Source: Dehalococcoidia bacterium (GTDB lineage: Bacteria; Chloroflexota; Dehalococcoidia; Lucifugimonadales; UBA2985). From it: 64,000 nt of DNA. The first letter of the stretch is position 1, and every line of letters begins with the position of its first letter. Where the stretch lies: positions 793-64,792 of the forward strand of contig CAUZMC010000001.1 of assembly GCA_963580875.1 (NCBI GenBank), read 5' to 3'. The notes under the pieces were generated by a model. It did not search any database, was not told where the DNA came from, and worked only from the letters and a program-made list of their open reading frames with translations. Made by a program: the position numbers and the translations under genes. Positions 9,739-20,641 of the stretch are shown one piece after another.

Positions 9739-11421
9739 TTAATTTACGCTCTGTCCTAGACGTTCCATCTCGGCGACGGCCACATCGTCATCTAACTTTG
9801 AGAAGAGTGCTTCGGGTGCGTTCATATTCTGTCCTGGAGGCAGAGCGCTTTGCGATGCTTCCCATTTCCATCCATTCTCAGAAAGAGCTTCATGGAAGCC
9901 CAGCATACCATGTAACTTTTCAGAGCTGAACGGAATGAATGGATAGAGAGCCGTTTTAAGGCAGTTGATGACCGACAGTACAACCCATAGTGTAGTGGCT
10001 GTGGCTTTGGGGTTTTCCTTTAAAGTTTTCCAGGGTTCCTTGCTGTCTAGATAGCGGTTGGCCTCTTGAGCCATTGACATGGCGCCTGAGAGTGCGTTTC
10101 GGAAGTGGCATAGCGACAAGTTGTGGTCTATGTCCTGGAATAGCTGGCCTGTTTTGGATAGGAAGTCTTTAGCGTGCTGGTCTAATTCTTCCGGCTGGGG
10201 TATGTTTCCATCGAAGTTGCGATATGTGAATGTTAGCACGCGGTGCACTAGGTTGCCGTATGTGGCTACCAGCTCATCGTTGTTGCGGCGTACGAAGTCT
10301 TTCCAGGAGAAGTCGGAGTCGCTTGTTTCCGGCATTGTCGCGGATAGGTGGTATCGAAGAGGGTCTGGATCGTAATGGTCAAGATAGTCTGTTACCCACA
10401 CTGCCCAGTTGCGGCTGGTGGATAATTGTTTTCCTTCAAGTGTCACGAATTCGTTTGCAGGTACGTCGTACGGGAGATTGAGTCCACCGTAGCCCATGAG
10501 CATGGCAGGCCATATGATAGTGTGGAATACGATGTTATCCTTTCCCATGAAGTAGTAGCTCTTGGTATTCTCCTGCCAGAATGGCATCCATGCGTTCGGC
10601 TGGTCCTGTGTGGTTGCCCACTCTTTGGAGGCTGATAGATACCCTATAACTGCCTCAAACCATACGTACATTCGCTTCTCATCGTATCCGTTGACAGGAA
10701 CGGCTACGCCCCAGTCCAGGTCTCTGGTTATGGCTCTGTCCCTTAGCCCATCTTCCAAGTAGCGTCGTGTGAAGTTCAGTGCGTTTGATCTCCAGTGTTT
10801 TTGCTCATTTACCCATTTCAGCAAAGGTTTCTGGAAGGCGCTGAGTTTGAAGAAGAAGTGCTCAGAGTCCCGTATCTCAGGAGTGTCACCGGAGATACGG
10901 CATTGTATGTCTATCAGGTCCTCCGGGTTCATAGGTTTGCCGCAGTTATCGCACTGGTCCCCACGTGTGTCTAAGTTGCCGCAGTTGGGACAGGTGCCCT
11001 TTAGGTAGCGATCAGGCAGGAACCGTTTGCATGTATGGCAGTATGGCAGAGGAGTCGTAGCTGTATAAATGTATCCCTTGGCTTGGAGAACTTTGAAGAT
11101 ATCCTGAGCTGTCTCTCTGTGGTTCTCTGTCCCAGTGTTTGTGAACAAGTCGAAGGATATGCCAAGGCGCTCCCAGGAATGAAGGAAATCTTGATGGTAT
11201 CGCGATACGATCTCCTGTGGAGATACACCTTCCTGCTCAGCACGCAGGGTTATGGGTGTGCCATGCTGGTCGCTGCCTGAGACCATGAGTACTCGGTTTT
11301 TTTTCAGGCGGTGGTAACGGGCGAATATGTCTGCGGCTAAGTAGCACCCTGCGATGTGTCCCATATGGAGAGGGCCGTTGGCATAGGGCCAAGCTACACC
11401 GATAAGTATGCGTTCGGACAT
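9739..11421 (-). CDS. metG: Methionine--tRNA ligase
   Basis: The HIGH-type motif 'PLHMGHIAG', the zinc knuckles 'CHTC...CPNC...CDNC', and class I aaRS architecture are all present. Confidence 0.93.
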   Translation of the reverse strand: MSERILIGVAWPYANGPLHMGHIAGCYLAADIFARYHRLKKNRVLMVSGSDQHGTPITLRAEQEGVSPQEIVSRYHQDFLHSWERLGISFDLFTNTGTENHRETAQDIFKVLQAKGYIYTATTPLPYCHTCKRFLPDRYLKGTCPNCGNLDTRGDQCDNCGKPMNPEDLIDIQCRISGDTPEIRDSEHFFFKLSAFQKPLLKWVNEQKHWRSNALNFTRRYLEDGLRDRAITRDLDWGVAVPVNGYDEKRMYVWFEAVIGYLSASKEWATTQDQPNAWMPFWQENTKSYYFMGKDNIVFHTIIWPAMLMGYGGLNLPYDVPANEFVTLEGKQLSTSRNWAVWVTDYLDHYDPDPLRYHLSATMPETSDSDFSWKDFVRRNNDELVATYGNLVHRVLTFTYRNFDGNIPQPEELDQHAKDFLSKTGQLFQDIDHNLSLCHFRNALSGAMSMAQEANRYLDSKEPWKTLKENPKATATTLWVVLSVINCLKTALYPFIPFSSEKLHGMLGFHEALSENGWKWEASQSALPPGQNMNAPEALFSKLDDDVAVAEMERLGQSVN

Positions 11422-11516
11422 TAGTCCTCTGATATTCTGATCAAATTTTGTGTGTATTGTATCATAGTGAGTAAGCGGGCATACAGTGGGTTTTGCTGGG
11501 TGCTGCCTAATCAGGT

Positions 11517-12344
11517 CTAGCTTCTGGCATTCCCTTTAATTCGTAGCCACATCTGATAGATGGCTCTGTGCTTTAGTCCAGTTTCATCGGCTGTTTGCTC
11601 CCTGGCTTCTCGACTGGATACATTCTGCTCAAGGAATGAACGAAGTATTTCCTCGGCTTCCGCCAGTGAAGGCGTATCCAATTTCTGGCTGCCGCTTATG
11701 ATCAGCGTAAATTCCCCACGTGGCATTGTAAAGTGCTCAAGGCACTGAGATACAGTGCCACGGAACACCTCTTCATAGAGTTTGGTTGCTTCCCGCACAG
11801 CGGCCATATGCCTATCACCAAGAACTTCATATAAGCTAGTAAGTGTCCTTTGCAGGCGATGTGGTGCCTCAAAAAGGACTATTGGGTGCGGTAGCCTGGA
11901 TACGGATTCTAGCAGCCCATGTTTCTCGCCTTTCTTGCGCGGTAGGAATCCAAGGAAGAGGAAGTGCTCGGCAGGGATACCGGATGCCGCCAGAGCCGTT
12001 ACCACCGCGGATGGTCCCGGCAGGGATACAACAGGGATGCCCATATCTATTGCAGCCTGAACTAGTTCAAGCCCTGGGTCGCTTATGCCGGGTGTCCCAG
12101 CGTCTGAGACAAGGGCCACGTCCCCCTCTTCCAGTGCGGAGATAATAGCTGGTATCTTTTGAACCCTGTTATAGTCGTGATAGCTTGTGAGTGGAGTATG
12201 AATCTCGTAGTGCGTGAGGAGTTTGCGTGTGGTACGGGTGTCCTCAGCGGCGATGAGTTTCACCTCTTTCAGAACACGTATGGCTCTGAGGGTTATGTCT
12301 TCAAGGTTGCCTATGGGTGTGGCCACTATGTAGAGAGAAGGCAC
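11517..12344 (-). CDS. rsmI: 16S rRNA (cytidine1402-2'-O)-methyltransferase
   Basis: The N-terminus 'LYIVATPIGNLEDITLRAIRVLKEV.LIAAEDTR' is the RsmI tetrapyrrole-methylase-fold signature. Confidence 0.9.
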   Translation of the reverse strand: MPSLYIVATPIGNLEDITLRAIRVLKEVKLIAAEDTRTTRKLLTHYEIHTPLTSYHDYNRVQKIPAIISALEEGDVALVSDAGTPGISDPGLELVQAAIDMGIPVVSLPGPSAVVTALAASGIPAEHFLFLGFLPRKKGEKHGLLESVSRLPHPIVLFEAPHRLQRTLTSLYEVLGDRHMAAVREATKLYEEVFRGTVSQCLEHFTMPRGEFTLIISGSQKLDTPSLAEAEEILRSFLEQNVSSREAREQTADETGLKHRAIYQMWLRIKGNARS

Positions 12345-12580
12345 TGATTTTCCTTAATGATAAACGATTGGACTGGCGAGGTTCATTCTACACGATGACG
12401 CCTTGAAATGTGCACTGCTAAGGGAGGCGATACTGTAGGCGTTTAAGGCTTGAGGCGTGACTATCTAGAAGTGGGATTGGGCAACTGTTAACAGTGTGTG
12501 CTTCCACAGGGCAGGAGTGTACTTGATCGGTTAGGTACACCAGTAGATACTCTGAAATTTACAGCATGGTCAATATGGCC

Positions 12581-14410
12581 CTACTGGTCCAGCTTAAGTA
12601 TGGCCAAGAATGCCTCCTGAGGAATCTCCACGCTCCCTACACGCTTCATCCGTTTTTTCCCCTCGGCCTGTTTCTCCAACAGCTTCCTTTTGCGGGTTAT
12701 GTCTCCACCGTAACATTTTGCCAGAACGTTCTTGCGTAGCGCACGCACTGTTTCTCTGGCGATGATTCTGCTTCCAACGGCGGCCTGTAACGGCACATCA
12801 AAGAGCTGGCGAGGTATCAACGTTTTTAGTTTCTCAACTAGTGCCTTACCTTGCTGGTGAGCCTTGTCACGGTGCAGAATCAGGGATAAGGCATCCACAG
12901 GCTGGTTGTTCACAAGAAGGTCCAGTTTCACAAGGGGTGATGGCTGATAACCTTGGAAGGAGTAGTCCAGCGAAGCATATCCCTGAGTGCGTGACTTGAG
13001 CTGATCGAAGAAGTCCATGAGTACCTCTGACAGTGGGGCATGGTATTCCAGAAGCACTCTGGCATCCGAGGATGAGGTGCCTTCTTCCTGTGATCCAGCT
13101 CCTTGCAGGTACTCCATGCGACGGAATTCCCCACGGCGCGTTGTAACCAACTCCATTATTGTTCCTATGAAACGGGCTGGTGATACGATGCTCAGGGCAA
13201 GCAGCGGTTCTTTCATTTCGATGATCCGCTGAGTTGGCGGCAGTTTGGCTGGACTATCTATAATCACTTCAGTACCATCGTCCATTACAACCTGGTAAGC
13301 GACACTGGGAGCTGTTATCAGTAAGTTCAGGTCGTATTCCCTCTCCAAGCGCTCCTGGACTATCTCCATATGAAGGAGCCCCAAAAAACCGCAACGGAAT
13401 CCGAATCCTAGGGCGGCGCTTGTCTCAGGCTCGTAGCTTAGAGCTGAGTCGTTCAGTTGCAGTTTCTCCAGCGCTGTCCGCAGGGGCAAGTATTCGTCAC
13501 CGTCAGTTGGGTACAGACCGGCGAATACCATTGGCTTCAGCGGTTTATATCCTGGCAGTGGTTCGGAAGCCGGTCTATCGGTAAGCGTCATTGTATCTCC
13601 AACTCTGCACTCACCAATATTCTTTAGACCAGTGGCTACATAGCCAACTTCTCCTGCATATAGCCGCTCAACTTGAGTTAGGTGCGGTAGAAAGTTGCCC
13701 ACTTCCAATATGTCACCCTTGTATCCTGTGGACATCATTTGTAGTTGTGATCCTCTCCCAATGGAGCCGTCGAAAAGACGTACGTATGCAACTACGCCTT
13801 TATATGGATCGTAGGCCGAATCGAAGACAAGGGCTCTCAGGGATTCGGAAGTGCTAGTGGGAGGAGGTATTCTTTGTACAATAGCGCTAAGGAGTTGGTT
13901 GACGCCTGCGCCATCTTTGGCAGAAACGAAGAGGATTTCATCTTCACTAAAACCAAATGCCTGCTGCATCTCCTGTGAGACCCTCTCTGGCTGTGCTACA
14001 GGTAGGTCTATCTTGTTAATAACAGGGATTATGGTCATATCATGCTCAAGGGCTAGATAGACGTTGGCCAGTGTTTGGGCCTGAATGCCCTGGCTGGCGT
14101 CTACCACCAAGACTGCGCCTTCGCAGGCGGCCAGTGCCCTCGATACCTCATATCCGAAGTCCACATGGCCTGGAGTGTCAATGAGGTTGAGCTGGTAGCT
14201 CATATCTTCAAAGTGGTATGACATCTTGACTGCCTTACCCTTGATGGTGATTCCACGCTCCCGTTCAAGGTCCATTTGGTCCATGAACTGCTCCATCATT
14301 TGCCTAGAGCTAATTGTCCCTGTGAATTCCAGCATACGGTCTGCCAGGGTGGATTTGCCGTGGTCTATGTGGGCAATAATACAGAAGTTGCGAATATGGC
14401 TAGTATCCAT
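12581..14410 (-). CDS. lepA: Elongation factor 4
   Basis: Motifs '[20 protein letters not shown]' and '[10 protein letters not shown]' plus the conserved LepA C-terminus '[17 protein letters not shown]'. Confidence 0.95.
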   Translation of the reverse strand: MDTSHIRNFCIIAHIDHGKSTLADRMLEFTGTISSRQMMEQFMDQMDLERERGITIKGKAVKMSYHFEDMSYQLNLIDTPGHVDFGYEVSRALAACEGAVLVVDASQGIQAQTLANVYLALEHDMTIIPVINKIDLPVAQPERVSQEMQQAFGFSEDEILFVSAKDGAGVNQLLSAIVQRIPPPTSTSESLRALVFDSAYDPYKGVVAYVRLFDGSIGRGSQLQMMSTGYKGDILEVGNFLPHLTQVERLYAGEVGYVATGLKNIGECRVGDTMTLTDRPASEPLPGYKPLKPMVFAGLYPTDGDEYLPLRTALEKLQLNDSALSYEPETSAALGFGFRCGFLGLLHMEIVQERLEREYDLNLLITAPSVAYQVVMDDGTEVIIDSPAKLPPTQRIIEMKEPLLALSIVSPARFIGTIMELVTTRRGEFRRMEYLQGAGSQEEGTSSSDARVLLEYHAPLSEVLMDFFDQLKSRTQGYASLDYSFQGYQPSPLVKLDLLVNNQPVDALSLILHRDKAHQQGKALVEKLKTLIPRQLFDVPLQAAVGSRIIARETVRALRKNVLAKCYGGDITRKRKLLEKQAEGKKRMKRVGSVEIPQEAFLAILKLDQ

Positions 14411-14480
14411 GCTAAATTCATCCTAGCATAGCGTGTCTCTGAAAGACAGTGCAATCTAGCTTTTATTTTAGGGTAAACAA

Positions 14481-14521
14481 AAAACGAGGTTGTGGAGTAA
14501 TCTACTCCACAACCTCGTTTT
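14481..14521 (-). terminator. Rho-independent terminator downstream of the oppDF-like pair
   Basis: Perfect 19-bp stem (14481-14499 pairs with 14503-14521) with a 3-nt loop. On the minus-strand transcript it is followed by TTTTTTGTTT. Confidence 0.75.
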
Positions 14522-14544
14522 ACTATTCTCTAATAAAGGCTGGA

Positions 14545-15564
14545 TTATACTCGAATACAGGAGACCCAATGACCGGGAGAAACCTCTCTCAACTCTGGGA
14601 CACCACGTTCGTTGGTAAGACCAACCGATTCCGTTCCGGTGCAATCGTGCACTGCTACGGGGCACCTAGGATTGAACACACATCCTGGGGGTGGCCTGAG
14701 TGGGCTGGGTACGTCTCCAGTGAGAACTATGCGTTCCCGCGTGGCTTCTACCACGGGATCTGGAATTGGCACAGCAGAGAGAAGAGCCTTTGTGTATGGA
14801 TGCAAGGGGTTATCGTACAATTCTTGACGATCTGCGATTTCGGCTATCTTCCCGAGGTACATCACCACTATGCGGTCACTTATGTGGCGCACAACTGAGA
14901 GATCGTGGGCGACGAAGAGGTAAGTCAGATTAAACTGTTGTTGAAGTTCTTCTAGGAGGTTAACAAGCTGGGCTTGAATGGACACGTCCAAAGCTGATAC
15001 AGGCTCGTCACAGGCTATGAAGCTTGGCCTAACTGCCAAAGCACGAGCCACACCAATACGCTGCCTTTGTCCTCCGCTGAACTCATGGGGGAACCTCGAG
15101 GCCATGTATGGGCTCAAGCCAACCGTACTGAGCAACTCAGCCACCTGGTCTTTGTACTCCGAGCGACCCTTGGTCAGTTTATGGACTATTAAGGGCTCTC
15201 CGATGATATTTCCGCAGTTCATGCGAGGGTTAAGGGAGCCGTACGGGTCTTGGAAAATCATCTGCATCTTGCGGCGCATCATCCGCAACTCTTTGCCCTT
15301 GCTTTTCGTAAGGTCTACTCCATCAAATGTAACGGTTCCAGATGTGGGGCGATACAGCTGAAGAATTGTGCGCGCAGCGGTTGTTTTGCCACAACCGCTC
15401 TCGCCAACCATTCCCAGCGTCTCTCCCCTGTTGATATGGAAGCTTATGTCGTCTACGGCCTTAACATCAGCTACATGCTTCTGGAATATTATTCCCTTGC
15501 GGACAGGGAAATATTTCACTAGGTTTTTAACTTCAAGCAGAACATTGTCGTCTTGCATTATCAT
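14545..15564 (-). CDS. Oligopeptide/dipeptide ABC transporter ATP-binding protein (OppF/DppF-like)
   Basis: Walker A 'GESGCGKTT', signature 'FSGGQRQR', Walker B '[12 protein letters not shown]', and the oligopeptide-type C-terminal extension. Confidence 0.9.
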   Translation of the reverse strand: MIMQDDNVLLEVKNLVKYFPVRKGIIFQKHVADVKAVDDISFHINRGETLGMVGESGCGKTTAARTILQLYRPTSGTVTFDGVDLTKSKGKELRMMRRKMQMIFQDPYGSLNPRMNCGNIIGEPLIVHKLTKGRSEYKDQVAELLSTVGLSPYMASRFPHEFSGGQRQRIGVARALAVRPSFIACDEPVSALDVSIQAQLVNLLEELQQQFNLTYLFVAHDLSVVRHISDRIVVMYLGKIAEIADRQELYDNPLHPYTKALLSAVPIPDPVVEATRERIVLTGDVPSPLRPPPGCVFNPRCPVAVHDCTGTESVGLTNERGVPELREVSPGHWVSCIRV

Positions 15565-15569
15565 ACCCC

Positions 15570-16553
15570 CTATTTTTTAGCACCGAGTTGATCAGATATC
15601 CAACAAGCTGCGGTGTGGCCGTCGGCGACCTCCACGAGTGGAGGAATCTCAGTTGCACACTTGTCAATGGCGAATTTGCACCTTGCCCTGAAACTGCATC
15701 CCAGTGGTAGTTCAATAAGGTCTGGAGGCAGGCCTTCAATGGGTTCCAACTGCGTCTTACGTGGTTCGTCCAAGCGAGGTACGGAGGCCAGAAGTCCTAT
15801 GGTGTATGGATGTTTCGGGTTTCCATAGATTTCTTTAGCGGTGCCTCTTTCTATTATCTTTCCGGCGTACATTACGTTAACCCGGTCGGCGTAGCGAGCC
15901 ACAACCCCTAGGTTATGGGTGATTATAAGTACAGATGTCCCAAATTCTTTGCCAAGGCGTTGAATCAATTCCAAAATCTGAGCTTGGATGGTTACATCAA
16001 GGGCAGTGGTAGGCTCATCTGCTATTAGCAGTTTGGGGTTGCAACTAAGAGCCATGGCTATCATCACTCTTTGACGCATCCCTCCACTGAATTGGTGAGG
16101 ATAATCCTTTAAACGCTTATCGCCTTCAGGAATACCAACCAGTAGGAGTAGTTCACCGGCCTTGATAACCGCGTCCTTTTTGTTCAGTCCTTCATGTAAC
16201 TCAAGGGCCTCGGTGAGTTGAATACCGATGGTAAGTACGGGGTTCAACGATGTCATGGGCTCCTGGAATATCATGGACATATCTTTGCCACGGATGCCAC
16301 GCATCTCGGGTTCTTCTAAAGACAATATATCCTTGCCATCGAACATAACTTCTCCGGCTACGTTTTTGCCTGGGTTTTGAATAAGCCGCATGAGAGAAAG
16401 GGCGCTGACACTCTTTCCACATCCGCTTTCGCCAACTAAGGCCAAGATCTCGCCCTCTTCTATGTCATAAGAAACGTCGTCTACAGCCTTAACCACACCC
16501 TCTGGTGTGAAGAAGTAGGTTGCGAGGTTTTTAACCTCCAAAAGTTTAGCCAC
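15570..16553 (-). CDS. Oligopeptide/dipeptide ABC transporter ATP-binding protein (OppD/DppD-like)
   Basis: Walker A 'GESGCGKSV', signature 'FSGGMRQR', Walker B '[12 protein letters not shown]'. Confidence 0.9.
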   Translation of the reverse strand: MAKLLEVKNLATYFFTPEGVVKAVDDVSYDIEEGEILALVGESGCGKSVSALSLMRLIQNPGKNVAGEVMFDGKDILSLEEPEMRGIRGKDMSMIFQEPMTSLNPVLTIGIQLTEALELHEGLNKKDAVIKAGELLLLVGIPEGDKRLKDYPHQFSGGMRQRVMIAMALSCNPKLLIADEPTTALDVTIQAQILELIQRLGKEFGTSVLIITHNLGVVARYADRVNVMYAGKIIERGTAKEIYGNPKHPYTIGLLASVPRLDEPRKTQLEPIEGLPPDLIELPLGCSFRARCKFAIDKCATEIPPLVEVADGHTAACWISDQLGAKK

Positions 16554-16662
16554 TTTCCCTTCCTCCTTTAGTCGCTGAGCTTTCCATGTAATTTAATGCC
16601 ACTTGAGAGGCTTTCATCAGATATTCCCTGACAAATTCAATTTTGAGTCCACCCCTTGTTTC

Positions 16663-16745
16663 TGGGGAAGAGGAGACTCGAACTCCTACGCCTTAACGGC
16701 ACATGATCCTAAATCATGCTCGTCTACCAATTCCGACACTTCCCC
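16663..16745 (-). tRNA. tRNA-Leu (anticodon TAG)
   Basis: The reverse complement folds as a cloverleaf: acceptor GGGGAAG/CTTCCCC plus A, anticodon stem CATGA/TCATG with loop TTTAGGA, a long variable arm, and T-arm AGGAG-TTCGAGT-CTCCT. No CCA is encoded. Confidence 0.9.
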
Positions 16746-16757
16746 ACATTTATTTCG

Positions 16758-16829
<72 letters not shown>

Positions 16830-16999
16830 TTATGCTACCTCGTGGGGATGCTCGAAAATTGAACAGAATTTAACATGGAAAGAAAACTATGTCAAGCATG
16901 ATGGTTATTCGTCAATCGCATCTTTGAAAATTACATTGCAGATATACTCTCCAGAGTTTCGATGCTGATTCAGTGACGGCATAGATCATAGCGATTTCA

Positions 17000-17185
17000 T
17001 CACCACTCTGAGGCCATTACTCCTGCTTTAGACCAATTTTCTTTGTCTATATCCTGAAATATGACGATGGTCTCATCTGGGGTGGTTTTGGCTATGTTTA
17101 CCACCGCATCGGTGATGGCTTTAGCTAGCTCAGCCTTCTGATCTTTGGTCCTTCCGGTCCAAAGTTCTACTTTGATTACGGGCAT
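17000..17185 (-). CDS. 4-oxalocrotonate tautomerase family protein
   Basis: 61 aa, starting 'MPVIKVELW.GRTKDQKAELAKAITDAV' with the catalytic Pro1 and a beta-alpha-beta pattern. Confidence 0.85.
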   Translation of the reverse strand: MPVIKVELWTGRTKDQKAELAKAITDAVVNIAKTTPDETIVIFQDIDKENWSKAGVMASEW

Positions 17186-17361
17186 GTTTGTTCTCCTTGC
17201 CTACTGTATTACCAGTAGATTGTATGATTAGTACAGTATAAACGGTTTCACATTTTTACTATAGGTTGCTGATCATAATACTAAGGGTTGTGTGGCCTGG
17301 CTTTTCTCAGTGTGCTTATCACATCAAAATTCCCTTGTGGCTCAGATTTGTTGAAGATATA

Positions 17362-18369
17362 ATGCATGCTGTGAAAGTACGAGATATAGGGGAATTCGGT
17401 CTTATTAAGTCGATTCAGGAGTTGGTAAATCGTTGTGTGCAGACATCGGAGGAGGCGACATTCCCTCTGCTGCTTGGCATTGGTGACGATGCGGCTGCCT
17501 GGCGTACCACTGAGGCGACTGAACTGGCCACCACGGACACTTTGGTGGACGGTGTGCACTTTCGTAGCGATCTCATATCTTGGGAAGATCTGGGATGGAA
17601 GGCAATGGCTGTAAACCTGAGCGATATTGCTGCAATGGGAGGGTCTCCCATATATGCACTGGTGACTCTTGGGCTTAGTCCTGAAACTGATGTTGAGGAT
17701 GTTCACGCTCTATATGAAGGCATGATCTCCGCATGCCTTCAATACCATTGTCGTATAGCTGGCGGAGATATGGTGCAGTCACCTGTTACATTCATAACAG
17801 TTGCCATGACAGGTGTTGCTGGTGAGAGTGTCCTAACCCGTCATGAATCTAAACCAGGAGAGCTCATTGCCGTTACAGGTCCATTGGGATGTGCTGCTGG
17901 AGGGCTGCAAGCGCTTCTGCAAGACACTGCATTAGAATTGGAACAGAGTAGGCATTTGTACAAGGCTCACAACCGTCCTATACCTAGGCTAGATGCATGC
18001 CAGGTGCTGGTAAGCTGTGGGGTAAATGCTGCCATGGACATTAGTGACGGCCTGACCGACGATCTGTCAAAGATGTGCGTTAGCAGCGGGGTGGGTGCCA
18101 TTATCCATGCTCATCATGTGCCAATTGACTCATTGCTCAAGGCCGCCTTCCCGCAGACTTACCTTCAGCTTGCCCTCAACGGTGGAGAGGACTACGAGCT
18201 TTTATTCACTGGCAATGAGGAGGTAATATTAAATGTTATTGCCGAGCTAGGCTTGCACGCTGCAATCATAGGACGCATAGTAGCAGAGCATCCTGGCGAA
18301 GTGCAGGTGTTGGATGAGAGTGGAGTAGAGATACAATTGAACCAGCACGGATGGGACCATTTTAAGTAG
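17362..18369 (+). CDS. thiL: Thiamine-monophosphate kinase
   Basis: Trimmed to ATG 17362. Motifs 'GEFGLI', 'GIGDDAA' and 'DTLVDGVHF' indicate the PurM-like fold. Confidence 0.88.
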   Translation: MHAVKVRDIGEFGLIKSIQELVNRCVQTSEEATFPLLLGIGDDAAAWRTTEATELATTDTLVDGVHFRSDLISWEDLGWKAMAVNLSDIAAMGGSPIYALVTLGLSPETDVEDVHALYEGMISACLQYHCRIAGGDMVQSPVTFITVAMTGVAGESVLTRHESKPGELIAVTGPLGCAAGGLQALLQDTALELEQSRHLYKAHNRPIPRLDACQVLVSCGVNAAMDISDGLTDDLSKMCVSSGVGAIIHAHHVPIDSLLKAAFPQTYLQLALNGGEDYELLFTGNEEVILNVIAELGLHAAIIGRIVAEHPGEVQVLDESGVEIQLNQHGWDHFK

Positions 18370-18394
18370 TAGTTATTTTGCATTTTTGTAAACT

Positions 18395-18889
18395 ATGGAA
18401 CCTGTAATTCTGAAGAGCCGCTCTGCAGCGGAGACTAGACGCGTTGGTGTTTTGCTGGGTCGCCATGTTGAGCCTGGTGACCTCTTGCTTCTGTGTGGAG
18501 ATTTGGGCGCCGGCAAGACCTGTCTTACACAGGGAATAGCAAAAGGACTGGGGATTAATGGGTACGTTAGGAGCCCTACCTTTGTTCTGATCTCCATTCA
18601 TCAAGGCCGACTTCCTCTATATCACATGGATATCTATCGGCTTGATCACGTGGCAGAAGTTTTGGACCTTGGGCTTGACGAATATTTGGCAAGTGACGGG
18701 GTATCCGTGATAGAGTGGGCCGACAAAGCTATCGAGGCGTTTCCTCAGTCCTGTTTGCGGGTGACTCTAGATTACGAAGGCGAAAATGAACGGGTCTTGC
18801 GCTTGAAGCCTCAGGGAGATCGCTATGAGAGGCTGGTGTTACAGGTGCAGGATGAACTGAACAGTCGCATGTCTTCTAAAATAAAGTAG
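18395..18889 (+). CDS. tsaE: tRNA t6A37 biosynthesis ATPase TsaE
   Basis: Motifs 'LCGDLGAGKTCLTQGIAKGLG', 'SPTF' and 'HMDIYRL'. Confidence 0.9.
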   Translation: MEPVILKSRSAAETRRVGVLLGRHVEPGDLLLLCGDLGAGKTCLTQGIAKGLGINGYVRSPTFVLISIHQGRLPLYHMDIYRLDHVAEVLDLGLDEYLASDGVSVIEWADKAIEAFPQSCLRVTLDYEGENERVLRLKPQGDRYERLVLQVQDELNSRMSSKIK

Positions 18890-18973
18890 TTATTCTACAA
18901 GTTGTAAACCGTAATTTCATCAGATGGAGGATTGCTTCCTCTGTGAAGCAGTAGTTTTACATTGACAAAAAAC

Positions 18974-19657
18974 ATGGAATTATCCATAGATACTTCAACC
19001 AGATACGCCAGCGTGTGTCTCTCACGTGAAGGAGATGTGGTGGCTGAGTACTCATGGTTTTCTCAGCAGAATCACTCTGTGGAGCTACTACCAGCTGTAG
19101 AGAACCTTTTGAAGGTAGCGAGCGTGGTTGCTCAAGACCTGGCGTGTATCTTTATAGCAATCGGCCCTGGTGGATTCAGTGCCCTCAGAGTTGGGCTGAG
19201 TACAGCCAAGGGGCTTGGTGTATCTCTCGGAATCCCACTGGTGGGCGTTAACACATTAGATATTGAGGCCGAACCACACAGAGATTCCGGGTTGCCAGTC
19301 TGCTCCATTCTTGATATAGGCCGTGGGGAGATGGCGGTGGCCTTGTATGCAATGGAAAAATCCATCTGGAGCAAGGTTGACCAAGAACGGATAATGACAC
19401 CAGAAGACTTGAGGGGCATGGTTAAACAGCCCACAATTTTTTGTGGTGAAGGGGTGTCAATTTTCGGAGATGCATTGAAGGAGCATCTGGGTGCAATGGC
19501 CGTGCTAGCAGACCAGTCGCTACCAACCAGAAGCCCAGGTACGCTGGCTAGAATTGGATATCAAAGATTTAGCAAAGGCGAGCATGACGACATTTACGGC
19601 TTGGAGCCATTCTACCTCCGTCGCCCGTCGATAACGCCGCCGCGTCAGCCCAGCTAG
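18974..19657 (+). CDS. tsaB: tRNA t6A37 biosynthesis protein TsaB
   Basis: The start 'MELSIDTST....SVCL' and 'GPGGFSALRVGLSTAKGL' are typical of TsaB. ATG 18974 is preferred over TTG 18962. Confidence 0.85.
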   Translation: MELSIDTSTRYASVCLSREGDVVAEYSWFSQQNHSVELLPAVENLLKVASVVAQDLACIFIAIGPGGFSALRVGLSTAKGLGVSLGIPLVGVNTLDIEAEPHRDSGLPVCSILDIGRGEMAVALYAMEKSIWSKVDQERIMTPEDLRGMVKQPTIFCGEGVSIFGDALKEHLGAMAVLADQSLPTRSPGTLARIGYQRFSKGEHDDIYGLEPFYLRRPSITPPRQPS

Positions 19658-19718
19658 TGGCCTGGATGAAGAAAAGCATACATATATGGGAATACATGAG
19701 TATATATAGGAGGAATAA

Positions 19719-20177
19719 TTGAGTATAGAACGGACACTTGCCCTTGTGAAACCAGATGGTGTGCAGCGTGGTCTTGGCGGCACCATAATATCTAGGCTGG
19801 AGGCTAGGGGCCTTCGAATAGTGGCAATGAAAATGCTTCAGGTCTCCAATGACATGGCTATGAAGCACTACGGCGCACATCAGGGAAAGCCATTTTTTGA
19901 GGGACTGGTAGGGTTTATAACATCTGGTCCTGTCATCGCCATGGTGCTGGAAGGACGGAGTGCAGTGGAGATGGTGCGCAATACAATGGGTGTCACCGAT
20001 CCTCTCAATGCCCAATCTGGTACAATACGTGGAGATCTTGGAGTGGATATTGGTCGGAACCTTGTACACGGTTCCGACTCGCCGGAATCGGCTGCGCAGG
20101 AGATATCACTGTTCTTCTCATCGGATGAGATAATGAGCTACGAGCGGGACATTGACAGGTGGATTACTGAATCCTGA
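19719..20177 (+). CDS. ndk: Nucleoside-diphosphate kinase
   Basis: Motifs 'ERTLALVKPDGV' and 'NLVHGSDS' (active-site His). TTG start with GGAGG upstream. Confidence 0.93.
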   Translation: MSIERTLALVKPDGVQRGLGGTIISRLEARGLRIVAMKMLQVSNDMAMKHYGAHQGKPFFEGLVGFITSGPVIAMVLEGRSAVEMVRNTMGVTDPLNAQSGTIRGDLGVDIGRNLVHGSDSPESAAQEISLFFSSDEIMSYERDIDRWITES

Positions 20178-20526
20178 AGAGAACGGTAGCGTTAGCCCAT
20201 AGCTCTTCCAGGTTGTAGAACGCCCTCTCTTCAGGACCGAACACATGGATTACCAGATTGCCGTAGTCCATGAGTACCCATCCGCCGTCGCTGGTTCCCT
20301 CTCTATGGTGGATGGTAAGCCCTGCGCTATCAAGGGATTGATCTATGTCCTCCAAAAGTGCTTGCATCTGACGTCGGCTCTCGGCGGTGAGGATGACGAA
20401 ATAGTCTGTGAATCCAAATGGACCGCGCATATCAAGCATCAAGATGTTAGAGGCCTGCTTCTCAGAGGCTGTGTCCATCGCTAGGCGAGCTGCCTCCTCT
20501 GTTGCTATCTTAGTTTGCTCCATCAT
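20164..20526 (-). CDS. rsfS: Ribosome silencing factor
   Basis: 120 aa. 'DYFVILTA.S.RQ..A' and 'W.L.DYG..V.H.F..E.R.FY.LE.LW' form the Iojap-family pattern. Confidence 0.88.
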   Translation of the reverse strand: MMEQTKIATEEAARLAMDTASEKQASNILMLDMRGPFGFTDYFVILTAESRRQMQALLEDIDQSLDSAGLTIHHREGTSDGGWVLMDYGNLVIHVFGPEERAFYNLEELWANATVLFRIQ

Positions 20527-20641
20527 TTGTTTTTAGTTTACGTTCTTATACGGAGTGGGTCAACGCTGTAGTTGTTATTTTGCTTGACTGCCCACAGGCG
20601 TATCGTTATTCTCGTATATATATTCTTTGGAGGTTCCATAC